A stretch of 39,382 nucleotides of DNA, from assembly GCA_046345095.1 (NCBI GenBank), contig JBKDKG010000045.1, forward strand, positions 1 through 39,382, in the 5' to 3' direction. The DNA comes from Flavobacteriia bacterium (GTDB lineage Bacteria > Bacteroidota > Bacteroidia > Flavobacteriales_D > Crocinitomicaceae). A program made the translations under genes and the position numbers. Below the pieces are notes generated by a model, which was not told where the DNA came from, did not search any database, and saw only the letters and a list, made by a program, of their open reading frames with translations. This document shows, in pieces, positions 27,369 to 35,880 of the stretch (its first letter is position 1; each line of letters starts with the position of its first letter).

Positions 27369-29495
27369 TCATCTTTCTTGCCCCAATCCCACATTCCAAC
27401 TGCCATCCAAGATCAGTTTTCCATCGCGTTTTTCGGAGGAGCCGGGAACTTGAAAACCTTTAATGACAGGGGTCTTTCCTTTTTGAATCAGGTCGAGTAG
27501 TTGAGTTTCGGTGAGTTTTTTTCCGAGCAGTTCGAACGGAATCTTGAAGCCGCACTCCTTGAAATTCGAGCATCCGACTGCGGTTTTTCCTTTCATCAAC
27601 TTCGCCGCTTTACATTTCGGGCAATCTAAGTCTTCCAGGTTTGGTTTTTCCTTGATAGTTCGGGGAGCGCGTTCTTTTTTGGGAGCTTCTGCTGGCGTTA
27701 TTGGTTCAACTTGAATCTGTCGGTGCGTATTGAAAATCACCTCATCAGTCACTTCGCGAACCATTTTGTAAAGTTCTTGTTTGAATACTTCTGGCTGGTA
27801 TTCGCCTTTTTCAATTAAGCGTATTTTTCGCTCCCAGTTCCCAGTCAGTTCGGGACTTTTCAATAGCTCATTTTGGATGGTATCGATGAGGTCCATGCCA
27901 GTTTGTGTGGCCAGTATATTCTTGCGGTTCTTTTCGATGTATCTTCTGCGGAAAAGCGTTTCGATAATATTTGCTCTTGTAGAAGGCCGTCCGATACCAT
28001 TGTCCTTCATCAATTCACGCATTTCTTCATCTTCCACTTGTTTGCCTGCGGTTTCCATAGCTCGAAGCAAAGTTGCCTCAGTATAGGGTTTTGGAGGAGA
28101 TGTTTTTCCTTTGTGCACGATTGGTGCATGCGGACCTTTTTCACCTTCTGTGAAAGTAGGAAGCACGCGTTCTTCCAACTCCTCTCTTGGTTCTCGGTTC
28201 TCAGTTCTCGACTCTTCATAAACAACCCTCCATCCCGGCTCCAAAATCTGTTTACCAGTGGCTTTGAACTCTAGTTTATCGACTTTTCCGAGTACGGTTG
28301 TATTGGAAACTTTACATTCAGGATAAAACACCGAAATGAATCGCTTGGCGATTAGGTCATAGATCTGGTTTTCAGATGGTGTTATGCCACTTGGTTGAAT
28401 TCCTGTTGGAATGATTGCGTGGTGATCCGTTACCTTTTTGTCATCAAAAACTGCCTTGGATTTTGGAATAGGTTGCTGCAATAGTGGCTCTGTGAAACGC
28501 TTGTAATATTGCATGTTTCGGAGAATTCCTTCCACCTTAGGATAAATATCTTCGGATAGATACGTCGTGTCCACACGCGGATAGGTCACGACCTTTTTCT
28601 CATACAAACTTTGCACGTTCTTGAGTGTATCGTCCGCTGAAAACCCAAATTTTTTATTCGCTTCAACTTGTAAGCCTGTCAAATCAAAGAGTCTTGGATT
28701 TCCTTCTTTTCCTTCTTTTTGCTCAAATGAAGTAATTTCAAACTCATGTTGTTTGAGGTATTCCAAACCTTTCAAGGCTTTTTCTTCTGAGTTTAAGCGA
28801 TCAATTTGACATAGAAATTCAGTGTCGCGATAAACTGTTTTAAGTTCCCAGTATTCGGCGGATTTGAACGCATTTATTTCTTTTTGCCGCTGAACAATCA
28901 TTGCAAGGGTAGGGGTTTGTACCCGACCGATGGAAAGTGTTGCTTTGCCGCGCCCAAATTTTGTTGTAAAAGCTCTTGTTGCATTTATCCCCAAAAGCCA
29001 GTCGCCAATTGCTCTTGCAGATCCTGCAGCATATAAATTGTCGTATTGTTTGGCATCTTTCAACTTATTGAACCCCTCTTTTATTGCTTCTTCAGTAAGT
29101 GAAGAAATCCAGAGTCTTTTGATGGGTTTGTTGCACTTTGCTTTCAATAGCACCCAGCGCTGTATTAATTCTCCTTCTTGCCCAGCATCTCCGCAGTTGA
29201 TGACTTCAGTGCAATTTGAGACTAAGGTTTCAATGCAACTAAATTGTTTTTGTATCCCGGCATCATCAACAACCTTTATCCCAAAATTTGGAGGAATAAT
29301 TGGTAAATCTTCCAATTTCCAGTATTTCCATGTCTCTTGGTAATCGTGTGGTTCTTTGAGTGTACAGAGATGTCCGAATGTCCAGCTGACCCAATAGCCA
29401 TTTCCTTCCCAGTAGCCGTCTTTTCGTGATCTGGCACCAAGTATTTCAGCGATGTCTTTCGCTACAGAGGGTTTTTCGGCTATACAGAGGATCAT
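27369..29495 (-). CDS. topB: DNA topoisomerase III (type IA) with a C-terminal zinc-ribbon
   Basis: 708 aa with a Toprim N-terminus (MILCIAEKPSVAKDIA), GDAGQEGELI and type IA core motifs (TYPRVDT, with the catalytic Tyr region). The C-terminus carries CPKCKAAKL...GCSNFKEC. Confidence 0.9.
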   Translation of the reverse strand: MILCIAEKPSVAKDIAEILGARSRKDGYWEGNGYWVSWTFGHLCTLKEPHDYQETWKYWKLEDLPIIPPNFGIKVVDDAGIQKQFSCIETLVSNCTEVINCGDAGQEGELIQRWVLLKAKCNKPIKRLWISSLTEEAIKEGFNKLKDAKQYDNLYAAGSARAIGDWLLGINATRAFTTKFGRGKATLSIGRVQTPTLAMIVQRQKEINAFKSAEYWELKTVYRDTEFLCQIDRLNSEEKALKGLEYLKQHEFEITSFEQKEGKEGNPRLFDLTGLQVEANKKFGFSADDTLKNVQSLYEKKVVTYPRVDTTYLSEDIYPKVEGILRNMQYYKRFTEPLLQQPIPKSKAVFDDKKVTDHHAIIPTGIQPSGITPSENQIYDLIAKRFISVFYPECKVSNTTVLGKVDKLEFKATGKQILEPGWRVVYEESRTENREPREELEERVLPTFTEGEKGPHAPIVHKGKTSPPKPYTEATLLRAMETAGKQVEDEEMRELMKDNGIGRPSTRANIIETLFRRRYIEKNRKNILATQTGMDLIDTIQNELLKSPELTGNWERKIRLIEKGEYQPEVFKQELYKMVREVTDEVIFNTHRQIQVEPITPAEAPKKERAPRTIKEKPNLEDLDCPKCKAAKLMKGKTAVGCSNFKECGFKIPFELLGKKLTETQLLDLIQKGKTPVIKGFQVPGSSEKRDGKLILDGSWNVGLGQER

Positions 29496-29506
29496 ATTTT
29501 TTTATT

Positions 29507-29535
29507 TTACCACAAGGGCACTAAATTAATTTTAA
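29507..29535 (+). repeat. Repeat B, copy 1 (TTACCACAAGGGCAC...)
   Basis: 25/29 identical to 29595-29623. The first 15 nt are an imperfect inverted copy (12/15) of the start of repeat A. Confidence 0.7.
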
Positions 29536-29540
29536 TACTT

Positions 29541-29596
29541 GTTGTGACTTTGTGTTAAAAATATTTATTCAATTGGTATTCAAGTTGTCTAAAATT
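29541..29596 (+). repeat. Repeat A, copy 1 (GTTGTGACTTTGTGTTAAAAAT..., 56 nt)
   Basis: 52/56 identical to 29748-29803. Confidence 0.8.
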
Positions 29597-29623
29597 ACCA
29601 CAAGGGCACAAAGTTAGTTTTGA
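29595..29623 (+). repeat. Repeat B, copy 2
   Basis: 25/29 identical to 29507-29535. It abuts A copy 1 with a 2-nt overlap. Confidence 0.7.
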
Positions 29624-29747
29624 TTTCCTTTCTGTTTTAAGGCACAAATTCAGAAAAAGCCCATGGCTTTTTGGGTTAGTTAAGAAGAATTTTGAAATTA
29701 TCAAAAGATCTCTTGGTGACTTAAAAAGGGAGTGATTATCCATTTAT

Positions 29748-29803
29748 GTTGTGACTTTGTGTTAAAAATGTTTATTCAATTGTTATTCAAGTTTTCTAAA
29801 TTT
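29748..29803 (+). repeat. Repeat A, copy 2
   Basis: 52/56 identical to 29541-29596. Its first 13 nt also recur at 30317-30329. Confidence 0.8.
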
Positions 29804-29868
29804 ATGTCAAAGTCAATCTTAATAGCCACAATTTTTTTACTTAAAAAAGTCTGATCATTTTGAAACAA

Positions 29869-30255
29869 TTATTTATCTAATTGACCATTAATTACTCGTT
29901 TTACTCCATTCTTGAATAATGGTACATTAAAGTTCATAATCATTCCTAATTTGCTATTTGAAAGCCTTAAATAAGTTAATAATTGTGCGAGATGAAGATC
30001 TGTTAAATTCTCAACCGCTTTTAGCTCAAGTATTAGTTTGTCTTCTATCATTAAGTCAACCCTGTAACTTGTTTCCATTCGAAGACCTTCATATATAACT
30101 GGTAATAATTTTTGTCGTTCAACCTTTAGATCTGTTTTGCAAAGTTCATAATACAAACATTCTTCATAAGAACTTTCAAGAAGCCCCGGTCCTAATGACT
30201 TATGAACTTTCATTCCAAGGTCAAAAACTATTTTAGAAAGTTGGTTTTCAGTCAT
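29869..30255 (-). CDS. GxxExxY protein (PD-(D/E)XK nuclease superfamily, PDDEXK_3-like)
   Basis: 128 aa with the eponymous motif GPGLLESSYEECL and a nuclease-like D...ELK core (RVDLMIEDKLILELKAV). The gene is markedly AT-rich. Confidence 0.85.
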   Translation of the reverse strand: MTENQLSKIVFDLGMKVHKSLGPGLLESSYEECLYYELCKTDLKVERQKLLPVIYEGLRMETSYRVDLMIEDKLILELKAVENLTDLHLAQLLTYLRLSNSKLGMIMNFNVPLFKNGVKRVINGQLDK

Positions 30256-30316
30256 TCTATAAATTCAATTTATTGAGAATCTTTTCGGGTTTTAAAACAC
30301 AATCAGTTATCCTAAA

Positions 30317-30329
30317 GTTGTGACTTTGT
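30317..30329 (+). repeat. Third copy of GTTGTGACTTTGT (start of repeat A), ending 2 nt before the folA stop codon
   Basis: 13/13 identical to 29748-29760 and 29541-29553, in the same orientation. Together with 29748-29760 it brackets the GxxExxY gene. Confidence 0.7.
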
Positions 30330-30331
30330 AG

Positions 30332-30835
30332 TTACTTTTTAAAATAATGTTTAACGACAAAGGCAGCTTCGTTCTTTTCATCCTTTGGCCAACTCATTAT
30401 CTCGCGAATGGTCCAATTATCTTCATTGAACTTAGGAAAAAAGGTGTCGGCACCGTATTCTGCGTCCACATGTGTGATGTACATCTCGTCGACACAATTA
30501 AGATTCAATGCCATGCTGTAGATTTCACCACCACCGATTACAAAAAAGGTGCGCTCATCGTTTTTGTAATGCTCTAAACACGATTCAATCGAGTTAAAAA
30601 CCTTCGCTCCTTCTGCCATGAAACTTTCATTTCGGGTAAGCACTGCATTTTCTCTTCCCGGAAGTGGACGAAACCTATCCGGAATTGAATCCCAGTTTTT
30701 ACGACCCATTAACACGATGTGTCCAGAGGTTGTTTCTTTAAAGAATTTCATGTCCGCCGGCAAATGCCACATGAGATCGTTGTTCTTTCCAATCCCACGT
30801 TTTTTGTCCATTGCAACAATCAATTTTACACCCAT
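30332..30835 (-). CDS. folA: Dihydrofolate reductase
   Basis: 167 aa with LIVAMDKKRGIGKNNDLMWHLPADMKFFKETT and VIGGGEIY. It lies immediately downstream of thyA. Confidence 0.93.
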   Translation of the reverse strand: MGVKLIVAMDKKRGIGKNNDLMWHLPADMKFFKETTSGHIVLMGRKNWDSIPDRFRPLPGRENAVLTRNESFMAEGAKVFNSIESCLEHYKNDERTFFVIGGGEIYSMALNLNCVDEMYITHVDAEYGADTFFPKFNEDNWTIREIMSWPKDEKNEAAFVVKHYFKK

Positions 30836-30884
30836 AACGTATATTTATTCATCGATCTTTACTCCTTGCTCTTTGATCCTTGTT

Positions 30885-31679
30885 CTATACCGCTACAGCC
30901 CCTTTGATATGCGGGTGTGGGTCGTAACCAATCAACTCAAAGTCCTCGTAAGTAAAGCCAAAAATGTCTTTTACGTCTGGATTGATTTTCATTGTTGGCA
31001 AAGGTCTGCAGTCTCTTGAAAGTTGCAGTTCTACTTGTTCTAAATGGTTGCTGTAAATGTGGGCATCACCGAAGGTATGAACGAAATCTCCAACTTCCAG
31101 GTCGCACACTTGTGCTAACATCATAGTGAGTAATGCGTACGAAGCAATGTTAAAAGGCACACCCAAAAATGTATCCGCACTGCGTTGATACAATTGACAG
31201 CTTAGTTTACCGTCGGCTACATAGAACTGAAAAAGCGTATGACAAGGTGGCAAAGCCATATTGTCGACATCAGCCACATTCCATGCGGAAACGATGTGTC
31301 TTCTTGAATCTGGATTGTTTTTGAGTGAATGCACTAGCTTAGTAATCTGATCAATCGTGCCTCCGTGACCATCTGGCCAACTTCTCCATTGGTGACCATA
31401 AACCGGTCCTAGGTTGCCATTTTCATCGGCCCATTCGTCCCAAATGGACACATTGTTGTCTTTCAGGTACTTGATGTTTGTATTCCCCTGCAAGAACCAT
31501 AGTAATTCAATAATGATGGATCTCAGATGAACCTTTTTTGTTGTAACCACAGGGAATCCTTTCGAAAGATCAAAACGCATTTGGTAGCCAAAAACTGAAA
31601 TGGTTCCTGTTCCCGTTCGGTCTTCTTTCTTCGTTCCGTGGTCGAGAATATGTTGCAAAAGATCGTGGTATTGCTTCAT
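30885..31679 (-). CDS. thyA: Thymidylate synthase (ThyA)
   Basis: 264 aa with [26 protein letters not shown], the active-site LPPCH and the C-terminal tail HIKGAVAV. Confidence 0.96.
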   Translation of the reverse strand: MKQYHDLLQHILDHGTKKEDRTGTGTISVFGYQMRFDLSKGFPVVTTKKVHLRSIIIELLWFLQGNTNIKYLKDNNVSIWDEWADENGNLGPVYGHQWRSWPDGHGGTIDQITKLVHSLKNNPDSRRHIVSAWNVADVDNMALPPCHTLFQFYVADGKLSCQLYQRSADTFLGVPFNIASYALLTMMLAQVCDLEVGDFVHTFGDAHIYSNHLEQVELQLSRDCRPLPTMKINPDVKDIFGFTYEDFELIGYDPHPHIKGAVAV

Positions 31680-31771
31680 TTTTAGATGTGTAGTTTGTGA
31701 CCTCGAATTTAAGTAAAAGAGTCATTGACTCACTTTGGAAGTTATCAAGAAAACAGGCGAATTATCAACGA

Positions 31772-33895
31772 TTAGTGCTTCAATCGGATTGATTTGATGC
31801 TCTTCCAAAGGATGAATATCAGCGCTCCAAAAATCGTAAGTAAACTGACGAAAAAAGCACCCTTTAAAAGTGGATTTCTATAATTGAAAACAATACTGCT
31901 TTTTCCCGCAGGTAATTCAACTGTCATGAAGTTTAGATTGCTTTTGAAAATGGGTGTCCCTCTACCATTTATTGACGCTTCCCAACCCGTGTATTCTTTT
32001 TGGTAGAGTGTCAAAAGACAGGGGTGTTTAACTCTTGCTTCAATATGAAAACTTGCCGCATCATAATCTTTTAAAATGGCAGTGTCTCCGCTAACCACTT
32101 TGTATTTTTTAGGGAGATTACCACTCCCGAAATCAACAAAAATAGACCCGTTTTGCACAGATTCAAGATCTGATAAGGTCAACAAATTGGAAGCTTTTAC
32201 CGATTTAAAAAGCAAAGGGTAGTCACTTTCTAGCAATTCATAACTTGTAAAAGAAAAGGAATTGAATCCTTCTGCGCTGATTTGCTTTTGGAAGATTTGT
32301 TGGTTCTGCCAAAAAGGCTGACCAATGCCCGGAAGGTGGGCCGCCGAATCGATTGTGATTGCTTTTTGTATCGGAAATCCATGGGGATAACGAGCAACGT
32401 TTGTTTGTGCTTCTTTTGCTGTCACATGTTCATAAAAGACGGTGTAAGGAGCAACTAATTGAACTGACACGATTAAATCCAAAATCAACAGGAAAATTAG
32501 TGCGTAAATGAATTTGGCGGAGTTTTTAACCCTCCAGAATGCTAGTGTTAAAAGTGTTAATAAAGCAATTTGTAAAAGACAGCTAATTGCTAAATTTTGC
32601 CAAAATGTAGAAGTAATTGCTTCCTTGAAAATGTTATTCTTACAATAGGACTGAAGTCCAAGGTAGCCATGAGAACGGGCTAGAAAAATTAGTGCTGTAA
32701 AAGTAATGACTGCCGTTCCAAAAAGCAGATGAAAATGCCAATTTTTTCGTTCACTTTTCGTTAAATAATGATTGAGTGAATAGATTCCGGTAAGTATCGC
32801 TCCAAGTATGAAAAACAAACGGAAAACACTTGGAAAACGGAAGATATTCATGAGTGGAACATGATTGAAAAGCAACCCTCGAATTGGCAAATAATTCCCG
32901 ACTGATGCTGTTAATGAGAAAATACCGAACCAAAATATAATCCGCAATGCTTTTGGTTTTTTAATGAAAATCCCAATCAAAAAAAACAATAAAATGATGA
33001 TCCCAAAATAACCATTGCGCATGGAAAGATCAGCGTCCCAATAAGTCGATTTGACAGTGGTGGTGAGTGGTGCAAGGAATGAGATAAATGATTGCGGACT
33101 AAAGGGTGAAAACAAAGCCTGCTCAACATTGAAATTGCCGAGTCGCGAAAGATAAGGGCTTACTTGTGCTACGGATACCAACATGACTGCAGAACAGAAG
33201 ATGGTTGTTGCCAAAAACAAGCTGTTTTGGATGGTAAATTGTAAAATTGATTTGTACGATTTTGATCGAATTAAAGAAATGACATGAATAAGGTAGAACG
33301 TCAATAATAGATAAGTGAGAATAATGGTTACGGCGGGATAGCCACCCGTAATGGACAGAAACATAAATAGTCCGGCTTGCAGGGCATGGATGGCTTTTTT
33401 TTCTTCAATAAGCAGAAGATACTGTTGTATGATAAATGGAAGCCAACAACCGCTGATGATGTAAGAAAGATGTTGCGCATTGCCAACAAAAAAACCAGAA
33501 AGCATGTATGCAATACCGGCCATCAGAGCAAATTTTGTTTCAAATTTCAACGTTCTGGCCAATAAAAACATCCCGACTCCAGCAAGATAAATATGGACTA
33601 AAAACTCAAAACTGATGGAGTAGATCGAATACCCGAAAGTTGAGCCGATGAGCCAAACTATTGGATACCATGCACCACTCGAGGGATCGGCGTGAATGGG
33701 GTAACCAAGATCTTGATATGGATTCCAATACGGAAGTTGGCCGTTTTGAAGACATTCACCTATGTAAAATCGCCAAGGAAAAAAGCAATCAATGGTATCA
33801 AATTTCAGGGGTTGAAGGTTGAAGGCAACTTGAAAAAATGAAATAAGAACCACAATAAGTAATACAACATAGGGGAAATAGGATTTCTTCAACAT
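31772..33895 (-). CDS. YfhO-family polytopic membrane protein (GT-C-type glycosyltransferase candidate)
   Basis: 707 aa with about 13 or more TM helices and a C-terminal soluble region plus a terminal TM. The N-terminal pattern DCFFPWRFYIGECLQNGQLPYWNPYQDLGYP is characteristic of YfhO proteins. Confidence 0.7.
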   Translation of the reverse strand: MLKKSYFPYVVLLIVVLISFFQVAFNLQPLKFDTIDCFFPWRFYIGECLQNGQLPYWNPYQDLGYPIHADPSSGAWYPIVWLIGSTFGYSIYSISFEFLVHIYLAGVGMFLLARTLKFETKFALMAGIAYMLSGFFVGNAQHLSYIISGCWLPFIIQQYLLLIEEKKAIHALQAGLFMFLSITGGYPAVTIILTYLLLTFYLIHVISLIRSKSYKSILQFTIQNSLFLATTIFCSAVMLVSVAQVSPYLSRLGNFNVEQALFSPFSPQSFISFLAPLTTTVKSTYWDADLSMRNGYFGIIILLFFLIGIFIKKPKALRIIFWFGIFSLTASVGNYLPIRGLLFNHVPLMNIFRFPSVFRLFFILGAILTGIYSLNHYLTKSERKNWHFHLLFGTAVITFTALIFLARSHGYLGLQSYCKNNIFKEAITSTFWQNLAISCLLQIALLTLLTLAFWRVKNSAKFIYALIFLLILDLIVSVQLVAPYTVFYEHVTAKEAQTNVARYPHGFPIQKAITIDSAAHLPGIGQPFWQNQQIFQKQISAEGFNSFSFTSYELLESDYPLLFKSVKASNLLTLSDLESVQNGSIFVDFGSGNLPKKYKVVSGDTAILKDYDAASFHIEARVKHPCLLTLYQKEYTGWEASINGRGTPIFKSNLNFMTVELPAGKSSIVFNYRNPLLKGAFFVSLLTIFGALIFILWKSIKSIRLKH

Positions 33896-33899
33896 CGTT

Positions 33900-33907
33900 C
33901 AAAATTA
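33900..33907 (-). promoter_or_regulatory. -7 promoter box TAATTTTG (minus strand) for yfhO
   Basis: The plus strand reads CAAAATTA. The box ends 4 nt before the yfhO ATG (33895), a leaderless configuration. Confidence 0.5.
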
Positions 33908-33974
33908 ATACATGCGATTGATTTCTCTGCAATATGGAGATAATGTCCTATTTTTATGCCGCTAAGTCCAGTAA

Positions 33975-34697
33975 ATGCCGAATGTCAGTATTATTATTCC
34001 AGCTTATAAATCTTCCTCTGCTTTAAGGAATAACTTACCCTATTTGATGAGCTATATCAAAGAAAAAAATTTAGATGCTGAGGTATTGATAGTGGACGAT
34101 GGTTCTGCAGATGATGGCGCTACCGAACAAGTTGCAAAATCAAATTCATGCACTTATTTATCATATACCATAAATCTTGGAAAAGGTGGTGCGGTGCGCT
34201 ATGGGATGCAACATGCTTCCGGTGACTTCTGCATTTTCACAGACGTTGACATTCCGTTTGAAAAAGACGCGTTTGAGCGATTCTTATATTATCTTGATTT
34301 TAAAGAATTTGACGTGGTCATAGGTGACCGCACCTTACCTGGATCAAGCTATTTTGCAGAGGTTTCGGGTTTACGTAAGTTCGGCAGTAATATTTTCTCA
34401 TTTATTGTTGGTCGCTTTGTGGCCGGTGGGCATTTTGATACTCAGTGCGGAGTGAAAGGATTTCGAGGAGAAGTTGCCAGGGATCTTTTTTCAGTAGGCA
34501 GGATCAACGGTTTTGCTTTTGATGTAGAGCTCCTTTATATTTCACTGAAGCGGAATTATGACATTAAGCGCTTGCCAGTCGTGCTGCGCTGTCAGGAAGG
34601 TTCTACTGTGAGTGTTGTTCGCCATGGGTTGGGAATGGTTATGGACCTGTTTCGTATTAAATGGAATCATGTCAACGGTAGATACAATAAGCATTAA
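33975..34697 (+). CDS. Family 2 glycosyltransferase, polyprenol/dolichol-phosphate hexosyltransferase-like
   Basis: 240 aa with VSIIIPAYKS, VDDGSAD and TDVD (DxD) motifs. Its size and motifs resemble the DPM1/ALG5/GtrB-type catalytic domain, but no C-terminal TM helices are evident. Confidence 0.8.
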   Translation: MPNVSIIIPAYKSSSALRNNLPYLMSYIKEKNLDAEVLIVDDGSADDGATEQVAKSNSCTYLSYTINLGKGGAVRYGMQHASGDFCIFTDVDIPFEKDAFERFLYYLDFKEFDVVIGDRTLPGSSYFAEVSGLRKFGSNIFSFIVGRFVAGGHFDTQCGVKGFRGEVARDLFSVGRINGFAFDVELLYISLKRNYDIKRLPVVLRCQEGSTVSVVRHGLGMVMDLFRIKWNHVNGRYNKH

Positions 34698-35426
34698 ATG
34701 AGTATTCTCGATAAATTTCCCAAAGAGCGCATCGAACTTCCTGAGGCCTATCAGAAGATCTACAATCAGCATTATCTGAGTAATCGCGAGGGTAAATACA
34801 AAACCACATCCCTCTCGCAGAAGTTGGAGGCATGGATGCACAAAAAGGTTGCGGCGGACCTGAATGAAACCTCTACTCATCTTAATACGCTTGAGATTGG
34901 TGCAGGAACCCTCAATCAATTGAAATACGAACCAGCGGGGATGCACTACGATATTGTTGAACCGTTCAATGAACTCTTTGATGGGTCTACTTTGTTAGAA
35001 CGTATTGCTCAAGTGTATTCTGACATTTCCGAAATTCCATCAGATAAAAAATACGACCGTATCACTTCAATCGCGACCTTCGAGCACATCATGGATCTTC
35101 CGTATGTGGTAGCAATGGCTGCGCGACATCTGGAAGAAGGAGGGCAGATGCGTGTTGCAATTCCGAATGAAGGAACCATACTCTGGAAGCTGGGAACAAT
35201 GGTCACCGGAGCAGAATTCAAAAAGAAATACGGATTGGATTATCAGGTGTTGATGCGTTACGAACATGTCAATACAGCAGCGGATATTGAAGACGTTCTG
35301 GATTACTTTTTCCATCGCACCAAATGTTCTGTGTTTGGATTGAGCAAAGGAACGGCGTTTTACCGCTTTTACGCTTGCACAGAACCGAAAATGGATCGAG
35401 TGAATTCATATCTTTTCAAGCGTTGA
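34698..35426 (+). CDS. Class I SAM-dependent methyltransferase
   Basis: 242 aa with motif I LEIGAGTLN and an acidic post-I residue (YDIVEP). The ATG directly abuts the GT2 stop (TAAATG). Confidence 0.7.
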   Translation: MSILDKFPKERIELPEAYQKIYNQHYLSNREGKYKTTSLSQKLEAWMHKKVAADLNETSTHLNTLEIGAGTLNQLKYEPAGMHYDIVEPFNELFDGSTLLERIAQVYSDISEIPSDKKYDRITSIATFEHIMDLPYVVAMAARHLEEGGQMRVAIPNEGTILWKLGTMVTGAEFKKKYGLDYQVLMRYEHVNTAADIEDVLDYFFHRTKCSVFGLSKGTAFYRFYACTEPKMDRVNSYLFKR

Positions 35427-35476
35427 GTCAAAAGTGAAACCCTTTTACACTCTGAAATTAAATAAAATAAATAAAT

Positions 35477-35484
35477 TAAATTTG
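35477..35484 (+). promoter_or_regulatory. -7 promoter box TAAATTTG for the small secreted protein gene
   Basis: Exact TAnnTTTG, 6 nt before the ATG at 35491. It lies inside the track's GTG-extended ORF (35434), which supports the shorter start. Confidence 0.45.
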
Positions 35485-35490
35485 TTAACC

Positions 35491-35880
35491 ATGAGTCGAT
35501 TTCTCTTCCTTGTGCTTTTAATTTTTCCTGTGTTGCTATCAGCACAGCAGCAAATTGAATTGAAAAAGAAGTATCTAGGAAATTATGAAGGCAATATCCC
35601 TGCTTATCAGCTTGATTCGGGAAAAGAGATTGTAGATGTGGATCTGACACCAATTCAAATTCAAATCACTGATAAAAATGTTTTTTTGCAGATTGGCAAG
35701 AATAAATTATCTGGAACTTATACTATTATGTTCGAGGCTAAATCTTATTTTCTGTTAGACTGTCGGATCGATAATCAATTGGCGAGTGAGCGAATTGTTG
35801 TTTACAAAAAAGGCAATAAGATTTCACGAGATGGTTTGTTTCCGCAGCCGAGCGTGCAGCTTGAAAGAACAAAAGACTAA
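35491..35880 (+). CDS. Hypothetical small secreted protein
   Basis: 129 aa from the first ATG, with a signal peptide (MSRFLFLVLLIFPVLLSAQQQ) and no lipobox Cys. I recognise no family. Confidence 0.55.
   Translation: MSRFLFLVLLIFPVLLSAQQQIELKKKYLGNYEGNIPAYQLDSGKEIVDVDLTPIQIQITDKNVFLQIGKNKLSGTYTIMFEAKSYFLLDCRIDNQLASERIVVYKKGNKISRDGLFPQPSVQLERTKD

Noticed and set aside
27369-29495. topB as a marker of an integrative conjugative element or defence island.
   Set aside because: The window has no integrase, relaxase, tra/mob, restriction or other defence genes. The neighbours are folA, thyA and housekeeping genes. Only the adjacent GxxExxY cassette looks acquired.
29555-29743. 62-aa minus-strand ORF in the topB upstream spacer.
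   Set aside because: It spans repeat copies A1 and B2 and the hairpin, is AT-rich with low-complexity K/L/F content, and shows no promoter box or recognisable family. It is most likely a chance ORF in repeat DNA.
29507-29803. Possibility that the A/B repeats are a small CRISPR array.
   Set aside because: There are only two copies of each repeat, the units are 29 and 56 nt and imperfect (4 mismatches each), spacing is irregular (5 versus 124 nt), and the window has no cas genes.
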